A DNA stretch of 32,000 nt from Edaphobacter aggregans (GTDB lineage Bacteria > Acidobacteriota > Terriglobia > Terriglobales > Acidobacteriaceae). The notes under the pieces were generated by a model. It ran no database searches, was not told the DNA's origin, and saw only the letters and a list, made by a program, of their open reading frames with translations. Below are positions 1 through 8,827 of the stretch, piece by piece (within the stretch, counting starts at the first letter, position 1; each line of letters begins with the position of its first letter). A program made the translations under genes and the position numbers. The stretch covers positions 90,001 to 122,000 of the forward strand of contig NZ_RSDW01000001.1 in NCBI RefSeq assembly GCF_003945235.1, read 5' to 3'.

Positions 1-2
1 AT

Positions 3-500
3 TCCTTCATCCTGATCGAAGACCAGGAACTTACCCCCGCCACTTCCTCCGACACACAAATCAGCCTTGCCCTGACCTCTGCTCTTCACGCCGGCGTCAA
101 GAGCCTGCAGATTCTCCAGAATATGGACATGGGTACGCCCGCCGCGGCGCACCGCGGCTTCGAGTCCAACGTCGCCTCCTTCGTGCTGTGCCCCACGGTA
201 TCCAGCGCCACCGGCGCCCCCGCCGTCAGCGGCACCGACGTCACCGTCAACCTCGTCCCCAACATAGGCATCGGCCAGAGGGCTGTGCTCCTGCTCAACA
301 ACGTCACCTTGACTCCGCCCACGGCCTACGCCTCCACCGGCGTTGTCTCCACTGCCGACGCCCCTTCGATCGTCATCAACATCGCCAACGTCCCCACCGG
401 CACCTACCTCGTCCGCGTGCAGGTCGATGGCGCCGAAAGCCAGCTGACCTTCAACGCCGTCACGCACGTCCTTGAAGGCCCCACGGTGGCCATGCCATGA
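3..500 (+). CDS. hypothetical protein, 5'-truncated at window edge (C-terminal ~165 aa); beta-sandwich-looking C-terminus; member of the CIS operon
   Basis: Frame 3 is open from nt 3 (SFILIEDQELTPATSS...) into the listed 123..500 ORF. The stop TGA 498-500 overlaps the ATG at 497 of the downstream ATPase (ATGA coupling). There is no catalytic motif. The role (cap, tape-measure-like or other) cannot be decided without the N-terminus. Confidence 0.6.
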   Translation, partial: SFILIEDQELTPATSSDTQISLALTSALHAGVKSLQILQNMDMGTPAAAHRGFESNVASFVLCPTVSSATGAPAVSGTDVTVNLVPNIGIGQRAVLLLNNVTLTPPTAYASTGVVSTADAPSIVINIANVPTGTYLVRVQVDGAESQLTFNAVTHVLEGPTVAMP

Positions 501-2584
501 GTGCACACATCATGACCGACGAAACGAGCGAAGAAAACATCATGGGCGGGGAAACCATGTCCGACAGTGCATCCGGCGCCAACGGAAGCCTCACCTGGTT
601 CGAGGCGAATCAGCGCTACCTCGCCGCCGCTCTATCCGCACTCCGCGTCCATCTCCAGGCCACGCTGCGCAGAGCAGATGACTCAGCCTGCGAGCCCGGC
701 ACGCAGGCCGAAGACGCTCTCCTCGATCCAGGCGCCTGGACCTTTTCGCAACCTCCCGCGCTAGAGCAACTCTGCTCCGCATTCGAACTCTCCGCCTTTG
801 AGCGCGGCGTCTTACTCCTCGCCGCTGGCGCCGAGATGGACTCACGACTCGCTGAACTGTACGCCTCGCTCGGCCCCAACCCCCGCTTCTTACCCACCCT
901 CAATCTCGCCCTCACCACCCTTCCCGAAGCGCACTGGAGCGCTCTTTCGCCCTCGCGGGCGTTGCGTCGCTGGCAACTCATCGACATTCTTCCCGCCGAC
1001 ACGCTCATCGCATCCGCTTTCCGACCCAACGAGCGTATCCTGCATTTCCTCGCCGGGGTCTCCGGCATCGACGAACGCCTCCATCACCTCGTTCGGCCGG
1101 TATCTCCGCCGGACGCGCTGCCGCTCTCCTACGCTGACCTCGCCAGCCAGGTCGCAGCCGTCTGGACCGACGCCTCGCGCCACTCGGCCGCATCTTCCAT
1201 GGCCCCGCAACTTCCGCTCATCGAACTCTGCGGCGCCGAGCCCGACGCAAACCGCGCCATCGCCGCCGGGGCTGCCGCGACACTCAACCTTCGCCTCTAT
1301 GTACTCTCGCCCCGCAACCTTCCGCAGACCTCCAGCGCCGAAACGGATCTCCTCCTACGCCTCTGGGAACGCGAAGCCGTCCTCAGCGGGACCGCTCTTC
1401 TGTTCGAATCCGAAGACCTGCCCACTGCCGACACCACTTCAGCTACACTCGCGCTCCTGCTCGAATCCCTTCGAGCTCCGCTCATCCTCTCCTCGCGGCA
1501 GCCACATCCTACGCTCAGCCGTCCGCGCGTGGTCTTCTATACCTCCAGGCCAACGCGCGCGGAGCAGGCTGAGCTCTGGCGAACATCGTTGCAGTCCCCA
1601 CACGATGAAGCAAACGAAACCCTTGTAGACACGCTGGTAGCCCAGTTCAATCTCGCTCCCGTCGCCATTCGCTCCGCCGCACAGCGTGCCAGCGGAACCG
1701 CCCATCACACCGAATCACTACACTCCCTCACGCCCGTGCTCTGGGAAGCCTGCCGCATCGAAGCCCGTCCGCGCCTTGAAGGCCTCGCGCAGCGTATCGA
1801 GGCGACCGCCACCTGGAACGACCTCGTACTGCCTGATAAAGAGCGCGAGCATCTGAGGCAAATTTCCCTGCATGTTCGCCAGCGCACTCGCGTATACGAA
1901 GGCTGGGGCTTCGCCGACCGCAGCTCGCGCGGCCTCGGCATCAGCGCTCTTTTCGCCGGCCCCAGCGGCACTGGCAAAACCACCGCAGCGGAAGTGCTTG
2001 CTCACGAGCTCCGCCTTGATCTGTTCCGCATCGATCTCAGCCAAGTCATCAGTAAGTACATTGGCGAAACCGAAAAAAACCTAAGCCGCGTTTTTGACGC
2101 AGCTGAACAAGGCGCGGCCGTCCTGCTCTTCGACGAAGCCGACGCGCTCTTCGGCAAGCGCACCGATGTCAAAGACAGCCACGACCGCTACGCCAACTGC
2201 GAAGTCAGCTACCTGCTCCAGCGCATGGAGGCTTATCGAGGCCTCGCCATCCTTACCACCAACCGCAAGTCCTCGCTCGACCAGGCCTTTCTCCGTCGCC
2301 TCCGCTTCGTCGTCGAATTCCCATTCCCTGAAGCCGCGCAGCGCGCCGAAATCTGGCGCCGTATCTTCCCCCCGCGCACGCCCGTCCACGGACTCAACAT
2401 CGAACGCCTCGCGCGCCTCCGCGTTTCCGGTGGCAACATCCACAACATCGCCATGGGCGCCGCATTCCTCGCCGCCGATGCCGGCCAGCCCGTCCGCATG
2501 GAACACCTGCTCGCCGCCGCACGCACCGAGTTCGCCAAGCTCGAAACCCCACTCAACGATGCAGAGGTCGCCGGATGGATCTAA
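497..2584 (+). CDS. AAA+ ATPase of the eCIS Afp15/Pvc15 type (long N-terminal region plus one C-terminal AAA+ module)
   Basis: 695-aa ORF. Walker A is GPSGTGKT (nt 1958-1981) and Walker B is VLLFDEAD (nt ~2120-2143). A sensor/arginine region ([19 protein letters not shown]) follows. The ~450-aa non-ATPase N-terminus is typical of CIS-associated ATPases. The start overlaps the upstream stop. Confidence 0.85.
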   Translation: MSAHIMTDETSEENIMGGETMSDSASGANGSLTWFEANQRYLAAALSALRVHLQATLRRADDSACEPGTQAEDALLDPGAWTFSQPPALEQLCSAFELSAFERGVLLLAAGAEMDSRLAELYASLGPNPRFLPTLNLALTTLPEAHWSALSPSRALRRWQLIDILPADTLIASAFRPNERILHFLAGVSGIDERLHHLVRPVSPPDALPLSYADLASQVAAVWTDASRHSAASSMAPQLPLIELCGAEPDANRAIAAGAAATLNLRLYVLSPRNLPQTSSAETDLLLRLWEREAVLSGTALLFESEDLPTADTTSATLALLLESLRAPLILSSRQPHPTLSRPRVVFYTSRPTRAEQAELWRTSLQSPHDEANETLVDTLVAQFNLAPVAIRSAAQRASGTAHHTESLHSLTPVLWEACRIEARPRLEGLAQRIEATATWNDLVLPDKEREHLRQISLHVRQRTRVYEGWGFADRSSRGLGISALFAGPSGTGKTTAAEVLAHELRLDLFRIDLSQVISKYIGETEKNLSRVFDAAEQGAAVLLFDEADALFGKRTDVKDSHDRYANCEVSYLLQRMEAYRGLAILTTNRKSSLDQAFLRRLRFVVEFPFPEAAQRAEIWRRIFPPRTPVHGLNIERLARLRVSGGNIHNIAMGAAFLAADAGQPVRMEHLLAAARTEFAKLETPLNDAEVAGWI

Positions 2585-2907
2585 TGGGTAGAAGCACACC
2601 AACTCGCCACGCCACCGTCGAGCTTCACATCGACGAGCTGATCCTTCATGGCTTCCCTGCCCGAGATCGCCATCGCATCGCCGCCGCGTTGGAGCGTGAA
2701 CTCTCACGGCTGATCGCCCAGGGCGACCTCGCGCATCTGCCGACCAACTCAATTCAACTCGGCCATCTCGACGCCGGCAGTTTTCGCCTTGACCCCGCCG
2801 CCCAGCCCAGCCACATCGGCCGGACGGTGGCCCAACGCGTTTACGGTCAACTCTCACCGAATGTCAGCGTAACCACTGCACCAACCGGAGGCCAGAGCCA
2901 TGCCTAA
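2575..2907 (+). CDS. small hypothetical protein (110 aa), CIS-operon member
   Basis: The ATG at 2575 overlaps the ATPase 3' end (stop 2582-2584). The 3' end overlaps the next gene's start at 2900. Contains ELHIDELILHGF, with no assignable domain. At 110 aa it is too short to be a tape measure. Confidence 0.5.
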   Translation: MDLMGRSTPTRHATVELHIDELILHGFPARDRHRIAAALERELSRLIAQGDLAHLPTNSIQLGHLDAGSFRLDPAAQPSHIGRTVAQRVYGQLSPNVSVTTAPTGGQSHA

Positions 2908-3502
2908 CATCTCTCCCCGGCTGCAAAATGGTGCCATTCTCACCTTCGACCCCAACACCGGCGTGAAGCTCGGCACCATCATGCTGCAGTACAACCCCGA
3001 CTCGCTCACGCGTTCGCTCAAACCGCAGACCGTAGGCGACGAGCCCGATCGCACTGAAATCCTGCGCCTCAAGGGTCCCCCCATCGAGACCCTGAAGTGC
3101 GATCTCGAAATCGACGCCACTGATCAGCTCGCGGCCGCCGATCCTACTGCCACCAGTCTAGGCATTCAACCCCAGCTTGCCCTGCTCGAGCTCCTGCTCT
3201 ATCCCTCGAGCACCGTACTCACCATCAACGAAGTCCTCTCGCTGCTGGGCACCATCGAGATCCTGCCCATGGAGACCGCGCTCACCGTCTTCGCATGGAG
3301 TAAGAGCCGCGTGACGCCTGTGCGCATCACCGATCTTTCCATCACCGAGGAGGCCTTCGACGTCAACCTCAACCCCATCCGCGCTAAGGTCTCACTCGGC
3401 ATGCGCGTGCTCAGTGTTAACGACGTTGGATTCCTGTCTCCGGCCGGCGCCATGTACATGATCTACCAGACCACCAAGGAAGCTCTCGCTCAACGAGCCT
3501 AA
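2900..3502 (+). CDS. CIS tube-family / tube-baseplate adaptor protein (Afp5/Afp7 N-domain-like)
   Basis: 200 aa, with GGAG 9 nt upstream of the ATG. The motif GTIMLQYNPDSLTRSLKPQ resembles the 'F-x-(F/Y)-NP-(D/E)-x-(L/Y)' signature I associate with tail-tube-initiator-like proteins of CIS and phage tails. Its position directly upstream of the LysM-like and hub genes fits that role. Confidence 0.55.
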   Translation: MPNISPRLQNGAILTFDPNTGVKLGTIMLQYNPDSLTRSLKPQTVGDEPDRTEILRLKGPPIETLKCDLEIDATDQLAAADPTATSLGIQPQLALLELLLYPSSTVLTINEVLSLLGTIEILPMETALTVFAWSKSRVTPVRITDLSITEEAFDVNLNPIRAKVSLGMRVLSVNDVGFLSPAGAMYMIYQTTKEALAQRA

Positions 3503-3517
3503 CCAAACGGAACTGCC

Positions 3518-3883
3518 ATGGATACTGCACTCTCCACTCTCATTCGATCCGCTGCCGGCACCGGCGCTCCCACCAACCAGAGCAGCCGTTACTACGCCGC
3601 TGCGATTAACACCTACACACAGCCCGATGGCACTCCTGTGGTCTATCTCGCGCGCCGCATCCTCCCCCAGCCTTCGGTCTACGTCTCTGTGCAGAACTAT
3701 GCCGTGGTCGAAAACGACCGCATCGATAATCTCTCCGCACGCTTCCTCGGTGATCCACTGCTCTTCTGGATGATCTGCGATGCCAACATCGCCACCGACC
3801 CCGACGAGCTCACATCACAGAAGGGCCGTTCGATCCTCATTCCGCTCGCTTCAGCCATCCCTTCAGGTGTTCGCAATGGGTAG
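3518..3883 (+). CDS. LysM-like / P2 gpX-like tail protein
   Basis: 121 aa. YAVVENDRIDNLSARFLGDPLLFWMICDANI matches the LysM/gpX pattern (h-x-V-x-x-G/N-D-x-hD-x-hA-x-x-a-x-G-D...W-x-I-x-x-AN). Its stop overlaps the next start (ATGGGTAG). Confidence 0.7.
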   Translation: MDTALSTLIRSAAGTGAPTNQSSRYYAAAINTYTQPDGTPVVYLARRILPQPSVYVSVQNYAVVENDRIDNLSARFLGDPLLFWMICDANIATDPDELTSQKGRSILIPLASAIPSGVRNG

Positions 3884-5012
3884 CCCGCTTTATCTCACGC
3901 TGCTGGCCGGGCCGGTCGAGGCGCTGCCCGTGCCCAAACCTGTCATCGACGCTCTCGTCTCCGTCGAGATCACCGAGTCTGCAACAGGCCGCAGTGGTTT
4001 TCAACTCACCTTCACTCTCGGCAACAACTCCATCCTGCAAACCATATTTCTGCTCGCTGCGGACGCTCCGATTCCCGTTCTCCGCGTCGTCCTCGTCGCC
4101 ACGTTTGGGGGCCTCCCGCAAGTCATTATGGACGGTGTCATTGAGCACCAGGAAGTCGTCCCCGATGCGATGACCGGCTCCGCCAAGCTTGTCGTCAGCG
4201 GCCAGGACTTGTCATCCATCATGGACCTCATCGATCTCACCGGCTTGCTCTATCCCGGCATGAGTCCTGACATCCAAGTGCTCACCATTCTGGGCCGCTA
4301 TGCAGCCTTCGGCATCGTGCCTGAGGTCATTCCGATCCTCATCCCTGACATCCCCGTACCGACCGAGGAGATCCCGGTCCAGGACGGAACCGACCTCAAC
4401 TACATCAAGCAGCTCGCTCAGGAGGCCGGATACGTCTTCTATGTCGCGCCCGGCCCGCTTCCAGGTATGAGTCAGGCTTACTGGGGGCCGCAGCTCCGGT
4501 TCGGCATTCCGCAGCCAGCCCTCAACGTCAACATGGACTCCTGGACCAACGTGGAAAGTCTGAATTTCCGCTATCAACCGCGCAATCCGGTCACCCCTAT
4601 GTTCTACATCCAGGACTCCACGACGAATCTTCCCATTCCGATTCTGGTTCCGTCGGTCACGCCGTTCAATCCTCCGCTGGGCCTGGTTGTCCCTACACCC
4701 CAGACCATCGAACCACTCCCCGACGCAGCCAATCTCTCACCTGGAGCAGCTCTTATGCGAGGCATCGCACGCTCCGTAGAAACCGCCGATGTGGTTACCG
4801 GCAACGGCACCCTCGATGTCCTTCGTTATGGCCAGATACTCCGCGCTCGCAGTCTCATTGGCGTGCGAGGCGCCGGCCCTGCTTTCGATGGTATGCACTT
4901 TGTCGACAGCACCACCCACAGCCTTAAACCCGGCGAGTACAAACAGAGCTTTGTACTCAAACGCAACGCACTGATCTCAAATGTCCCCCTCGTCCCAAAC
5001 CTACCGTTCTAA
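3876..5012 (+). CDS. baseplate hub protein, phage late control D / gp27-like
   Basis: The listed ORF is 3780..5012. The internal ATG at 3876 (MGSPLYLTLLAGPVEALP...) overlaps the upstream stop and is the likely start. TDLNYIKQLAQEAGYVFYVAPGP matches the gpD/VgrG 'D-x-x-F-h-x-x-LA-x-E-x-G' segment. The position before the gp5-like spike also fits. Confidence 0.75.
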   Translation: MGSPLYLTLLAGPVEALPVPKPVIDALVSVEITESATGRSGFQLTFTLGNNSILQTIFLLAADAPIPVLRVVLVATFGGLPQVIMDGVIEHQEVVPDAMTGSAKLVVSGQDLSSIMDLIDLTGLLYPGMSPDIQVLTILGRYAAFGIVPEVIPILIPDIPVPTEEIPVQDGTDLNYIKQLAQEAGYVFYVAPGPLPGMSQAYWGPQLRFGIPQPALNVNMDSWTNVESLNFRYQPRNPVTPMFYIQDSTTNLPIPILVPSVTPFNPPLGLVVPTPQTIEPLPDAANLSPGAALMRGIARSVETADVVTGNGTLDVLRYGQILRARSLIGVRGAGPAFDGMHFVDSTTHSLKPGEYKQSFVLKRNALISNVPLVPNLPF

Positions 5013-5138
5013 GGAGGTCTGTCACAAAAAGCTTATCCCGGAGGCAACGTGCGGCACGACTTCACCCGCGCACTAGGTTTCTTTCACGAAATTGAGCTTT
5101 AGCTCCGGCCCCGGCCGCAACCCACAAAGGAACACGCG

Positions 5139-5642
5139 ATGCGAAGGTACTACGGCAAATATCGTGGCACGGTAATCGACAACGTCGACGCGCAGAATCA
5201 GGGACGCCTGATGGTTCAGGTGCCCGCGCTCTCCAATGTCGTTCCGTCCACCTGGGCCTTGCCCTGTCTGCCTTTTGCGGGCATAGTTTCAGGTTTCTTC
5301 GTTTTACCCGCCCTCCAGAGTGCAGTCTGGGTTGAGTTCGAAGGTGGCGACATCCGCAAACCCATTTGGACCGGCTGCTTCTGGGCCGAGAACGAGATCC
5401 CTGCGCTCGCGCTCGCTGGGCCGCCTGCAGTTCAACAACTCGTCATACAGACCACCGAGGGCAACACGCTCCTTGTCAGCGACGTCCCCGGCCCCACCGG
5501 CGGCATTCTGCTCCAAACCTCGGCCGGAGCTTTTATCTCCGTATCCGACACCGGGATCATCATCGACAACGGCCAGGGCGCCACTATCTCCATGACTGGA
5601 CCCGCTGTGACCGTCAACGAAGGCGCAATGGAGGTTATCTGA
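5139..5642 (+). CDS. spike protein, gp5/Vgr OB-fold (phage baseplate assembly protein V family) with short C-terminal beta-helix
   Basis: YYGKYRGTVIDNVDAQNQGRLMVQVP...WALPCLPFAG...VWVEFEGGDIRKPIWTGCFW is the classic gp5/gpV OB-fold signature. The C-terminus has repetitive beta-helix-like strands (ILLQTSAGAFISVSDTGIIIDNGQGATISMTG). Confidence 0.85.
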   Translation: MRRYYGKYRGTVIDNVDAQNQGRLMVQVPALSNVVPSTWALPCLPFAGIVSGFFVLPALQSAVWVEFEGGDIRKPIWTGCFWAENEIPALALAGPPAVQQLVIQTTEGNTLLVSDVPGPTGGILLQTSAGAFISVSDTGIIIDNGQGATISMTGPAVTVNEGAMEVI

Positions 5643-5643
5643 C

Positions 5644-5964
5644 ATGCCCGGCTTTCTCATACAACAAGGTGCCACCGTCCTCTGCACGCACGGCGGCCAG
5701 GCTACGCCCTCCGTTCCCAACCCCAGCGTCACGCTCGACGGGATGCCCTCCGCCGTCATCTCCGCGCCCTGGATCGTCGCCGGATGCCCCGGCATTCCGC
5801 CTGCCTTCATCCCGCCCTGCGTTACCGCGCAGTGGATCGTCGGCACCACCCGCGTCACCTCCAACGGCCAGCCGCTTGTCATCATGAGCGGCGTGGCCAT
5901 CGCTACTCCTCCAGGCACACCGCTGCTTCCCCTCGTCACCCAAACCCGGGTCACCGCAATCTGA
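5644..5964 (+). CDS. PAAR-like spike-tip protein
   Basis: 106 aa, starting 1 nt after the spike gene's stop. GATVLCTHGGQA...VTLDGMP...TTRVTSNGQPLV resembles PAAR-like (DUF4280/DUF4150-type) cone proteins. The position between spike and gp25 is canonical. Confidence 0.7.
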   Translation: MPGFLIQQGATVLCTHGGQATPSVPNPSVTLDGMPSAVISAPWIVAGCPGIPPAFIPPCVTAQWIVGTTRVTSNGQPLVIMSGVAIATPPGTPLLPLVTQTRVTAI

Positions 5965-5972
5965 GTCGCGCC

Positions 5973-6338
5973 ATGAACATTGCTTACCCATACAGCTTCG
6001 ACGCAACCGGACACACGGCTCAGACCGACGTGCTGACGCACATCCGCGACATGATCGAGCAGATCCTTTTCACCTCACCCGGCGAACGCGTCAACCGCCC
6101 AACCTTCGGCAGCGGCACCGCTCAGCTCGTCTTCGCGCCCAACAGCGATGTGCTCGCCGCCGCGCAGCAACAGGCCATCCAGGCGGGCCTCCAGCAGTGG
6201 CTCTCTGACGTCATCCGCGTCCAGTCGGTCGATGTCACCGCAATCGACGCGACCCTCACCATCACCGTCGTCTATACCGTCCTCCAGTCGCAGCAACAGC
6301 AAACGGAGCAATTCGTCTACGGAGGGGCGCAGGCATGA
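5973..6338 (+). CDS. baseplate wedge protein, GPW/gp25 family
   Basis: Uses the internal ATG at 5973 of the listed ORF 5784..6338 (MNIAYPYSFD...). IRDMIEQILFTSPGERVNRPTFGSG is the gp25 signature. The stop overlaps the next start (ATGA at 6335). Confidence 0.85.
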   Translation: MNIAYPYSFDATGHTAQTDVLTHIRDMIEQILFTSPGERVNRPTFGSGTAQLVFAPNSDVLAAAQQQAIQAGLQQWLSDVIRVQSVDVTAIDATLTITVVYTVLQSQQQQTEQFVYGGAQA

Positions 6339-8827
6339 TCTACTTCTGCTCCGACAAGAACCGCCGCTCCCTCGTGCTCGCCAGCCCTGCTCTCAACGGC
6401 ATCGATTTCCTCGAAGTCATCGGCCCCAGCGGCTGCGGCACGCAACTCGCCCTTACACTGCTCAAAGACGCCCGCACCCTCACACTCACCCCGGACAACA
6501 TCGTCATCACCGGCGGCGCTCCCATCCAGGTCGTTTCCATTTCTTCCGCCACTGACGATGCCCCCTTTGTTCTCACTGTCAACCTCGCTGGCCCCGGCGA
6601 CTTCTCCCTCTATCAACTCGCTGTCGTGGCCGGTCCAGGCATCTCCGATCCCCCCGACGGCTTTGACCCTCAACTCTCCACCGTCAGCTTCTCCTTCAAG
6701 GCAGGCTGCCCGACCCCCGCCGACTGCCTCCCCGATAACTGTTGCCCCGCGCCCGTCAGCTCCGCCCCGGATATCAACTATCTTGCCAAGGACTACGGAG
6801 CCTTTCGCCAGGTCATGCTCGACCGCATCGCCGTGCTCGTGCCCACATGGACCGAAACCCACGCCGCCGACCTCGGCGTCGCCATGGTCGAAACCCTCGC
6901 CTATGCCGCCGACCACCTCAGCTATCAGCAGGATGCCGTCAGTACCGAAGCCTACATCGGAACAGCGCGCAGCCGCATCTCGCTCCGTCGCCACGCCAAG
7001 CTTGTCGACTACACCGTTGGCGAAGGCTGCAACGCCCGCGTCTTCGTCGCGCTCACTCTCGCTCCTGGCCTCGACAACATCTTCGTCCCCGCCGGTACCA
7101 CCTTCTACGTCCAGCAGCCCGGCGTTCCCGTCTCCGTGCGCTGGACCGACATCCTCGCCCAGCAGCTCACCTCCAGCCCGAACCCGATCTTCTCCAGCAT
7201 GGAAGACTGCATGCTCTTCTGCGAACAGAACAACATGAACTTCTACACTTGGGGCGACACGGATTGCTGCCTCGCTCCCGGCGCCACCGAAGCGACTCTC
7301 CTCGGCCACAAACACACGCTACAACCCGGCGCTATCCTCATCTTCGAAGAAGTCCTCGGCCCCGCCACCGGTAACCCCGCCGACGCCAACGCCGCCAACC
7401 GCTGCGCCGTCCTTCTCACCGGGGTCTACACTACCGACTATAAGGGTCGCCCCCTCACCGACCCCCTCACCGGCTACGCCATCACCCGCATCACCTGGGC
7501 CGCTGCCGATGCCCTGCCATTCCCCCTCTGCATCTCCTCTACCACCGACAGCGACCACGGCTCGGTTCCCGTCTATGGCGTCACTGTCGCGTACGGCAAC
7601 ATCGTCCCCGCGGACCACGGCATCACTGTTACCGACGAAGCCCTTCCCCCCGTCCCCTCCGCGCCTCCTGCACCACCCGAAGGCAGCGGCTGCACCTGCG
7701 GAACGTCCACGCCCCCGCCAGCTCCCATCCCACGATTTCATCCGCAGTTGGCCAACGCTCCCCTCACTTTCAGCCCGAAGTTCAATGGCTTCAGCCCTGT
7801 ATCCAATGGGCTTACATCAGCTACTGCTTTCCTCGCTCCAGACCCAAAGAGCGCCAATCCGCAGGTCTCCCTGAATAGCAGCGACTCCGTCTCCTGGACC
7901 CCGCTTACCGATCTTCTTTCCAGCTCCGACTCCGACCCCGTGTTTGCTGTCGAAGTCGAGCGCGACGGCACCGCCTTCCTCCGTTTTGGCGACAACCAGT
8001 ACGGCCAGGCCCCTGACTCCGGCCTCACTTTTACCGCCACCTACCGTGTCGGCAACTACTCGGTCGGCAATATCGGCCGCAACACCCTCGGCCACCTCAT
8101 CATTGGTCCAGACTTCCCCTCGCCGCCGGGCACAATCGTCACCGTCCGCAACCCCCTCGGGGCGGCTGGTGGCGTCGACGCGGAGAGCATGAACCACATC
8201 GTCCAGTACGCCCCCTTTAGCTACGAAACCCAGCTCCGATGCGTTACCGAGGCTGACTACGGCGACGCAGCAGCTCAACTCCCCGGCATCAGCGAAGCCC
8301 GCGGCACCCTGCGCTGGACCGGCAGTTGGTACACCGCCTTCGTCTCCGTCGACCCCGTTGCCACCATCACCACCGCACTCGTCAAAGAGACCACCTCCGG
8401 CCTCAACCTCCTGCGCATGATGGGCACCGACCTCTCCGTCGAAGGTGCAAAGCTCGTCGGCCTGCGCATCGAGATGGAAATCTGTGTTGACTCCAACCAC
8501 TTTCAGGGCGATGTCTTCGAAGCCCTCACGCAGGTGTTCATTACCGGCAATCGCTGCAACGGCCAGCCCGGCCTGCTCAACGCTACCAACTTCACCTTCG
8601 GCGAAACCGTCTACGCCAGCCCGCTCATTGCAGCCGCCCAGGCCGTCGAAGGCGTACTCGCCGCCATGCTCACCGTCTTCGCGCGTATGGACGCACCCGT
8701 CGGCGCTCCTGACGGTGTCGCGACCGGCTACCTCACCATGGCCCGGCTCGAAATCCCGCGCTGCGATAACGACCCCAATCACCTCGACCTCGGCACCTTT
8801 GTGCTCCACATGGATGGTGGCAAATGA
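6335..8827 (+). CDS. baseplate wedge protein, baseplate J / gp6-like (Afp11-like), 830 aa
   Basis: NYLAKDYGAFRQVMLDRIAVLVPTWTETHAADLGVAMVETLAYAADHLSYQQDAVSTEAYIGTARSRISLRRHAKLVDY matches the baseplate-J N-terminal core. It is preceded by NGIDFLEV and a Cys cluster (C125, C131, C136, C137). Confidence 0.8.
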   Translation: MIYFCSDKNRRSLVLASPALNGIDFLEVIGPSGCGTQLALTLLKDARTLTLTPDNIVITGGAPIQVVSISSATDDAPFVLTVNLAGPGDFSLYQLAVVAGPGISDPPDGFDPQLSTVSFSFKAGCPTPADCLPDNCCPAPVSSAPDINYLAKDYGAFRQVMLDRIAVLVPTWTETHAADLGVAMVETLAYAADHLSYQQDAVSTEAYIGTARSRISLRRHAKLVDYTVGEGCNARVFVALTLAPGLDNIFVPAGTTFYVQQPGVPVSVRWTDILAQQLTSSPNPIFSSMEDCMLFCEQNNMNFYTWGDTDCCLAPGATEATLLGHKHTLQPGAILIFEEVLGPATGNPADANAANRCAVLLTGVYTTDYKGRPLTDPLTGYAITRITWAAADALPFPLCISSTTDSDHGSVPVYGVTVAYGNIVPADHGITVTDEALPPVPSAPPAPPEGSGCTCGTSTPPPAPIPRFHPQLANAPLTFSPKFNGFSPVSNGLTSATAFLAPDPKSANPQVSLNSSDSVSWTPLTDLLSSSDSDPVFAVEVERDGTAFLRFGDNQYGQAPDSGLTFTATYRVGNYSVGNIGRNTLGHLIIGPDFPSPPGTIVTVRNPLGAAGGVDAESMNHIVQYAPFSYETQLRCVTEADYGDAAAQLPGISEARGTLRWTGSWYTAFVSVDPVATITTALVKETTSGLNLLRMMGTDLSVEGAKLVGLRIEMEICVDSNHFQGDVFEALTQVFITGNRCNGQPGLLNATNFTFGETVYASPLIAAAQAVEGVLAAMLTVFARMDAPVGAPDGVATGYLTMARLEIPRCDNDPNHLDLGTFVLHMDGGK

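Noticed and set aside
2575-2907. Idea that the 110-aa protein after the ATPase is the tape-measure protein
   Set aside because: It is far too short to span a CIS tube lumen. A tape measure, if present, is more likely upstream of the window. The protein is left as hypothetical.
3780-3875. Upstream extension of the hub gene (start at 3780) and, similarly, of gp25 (5784..5972)
   Set aside because: Both extensions run inside the preceding gene in another frame. The internal ATGs (3876 and 5973) give stop/start coupling and N-termini typical of these families.
6317-8809. Long minus-strand ORFs (6317..7315, 7319..7741, 7817..8809) inside the baseplate J-like gene
   Set aside because: These are Gly/Ala/Asp/Val-rich shadow frames of a GC-rich coding strand. 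The + strand product has clear baseplate-J motifs, and the operon context is all + strand.
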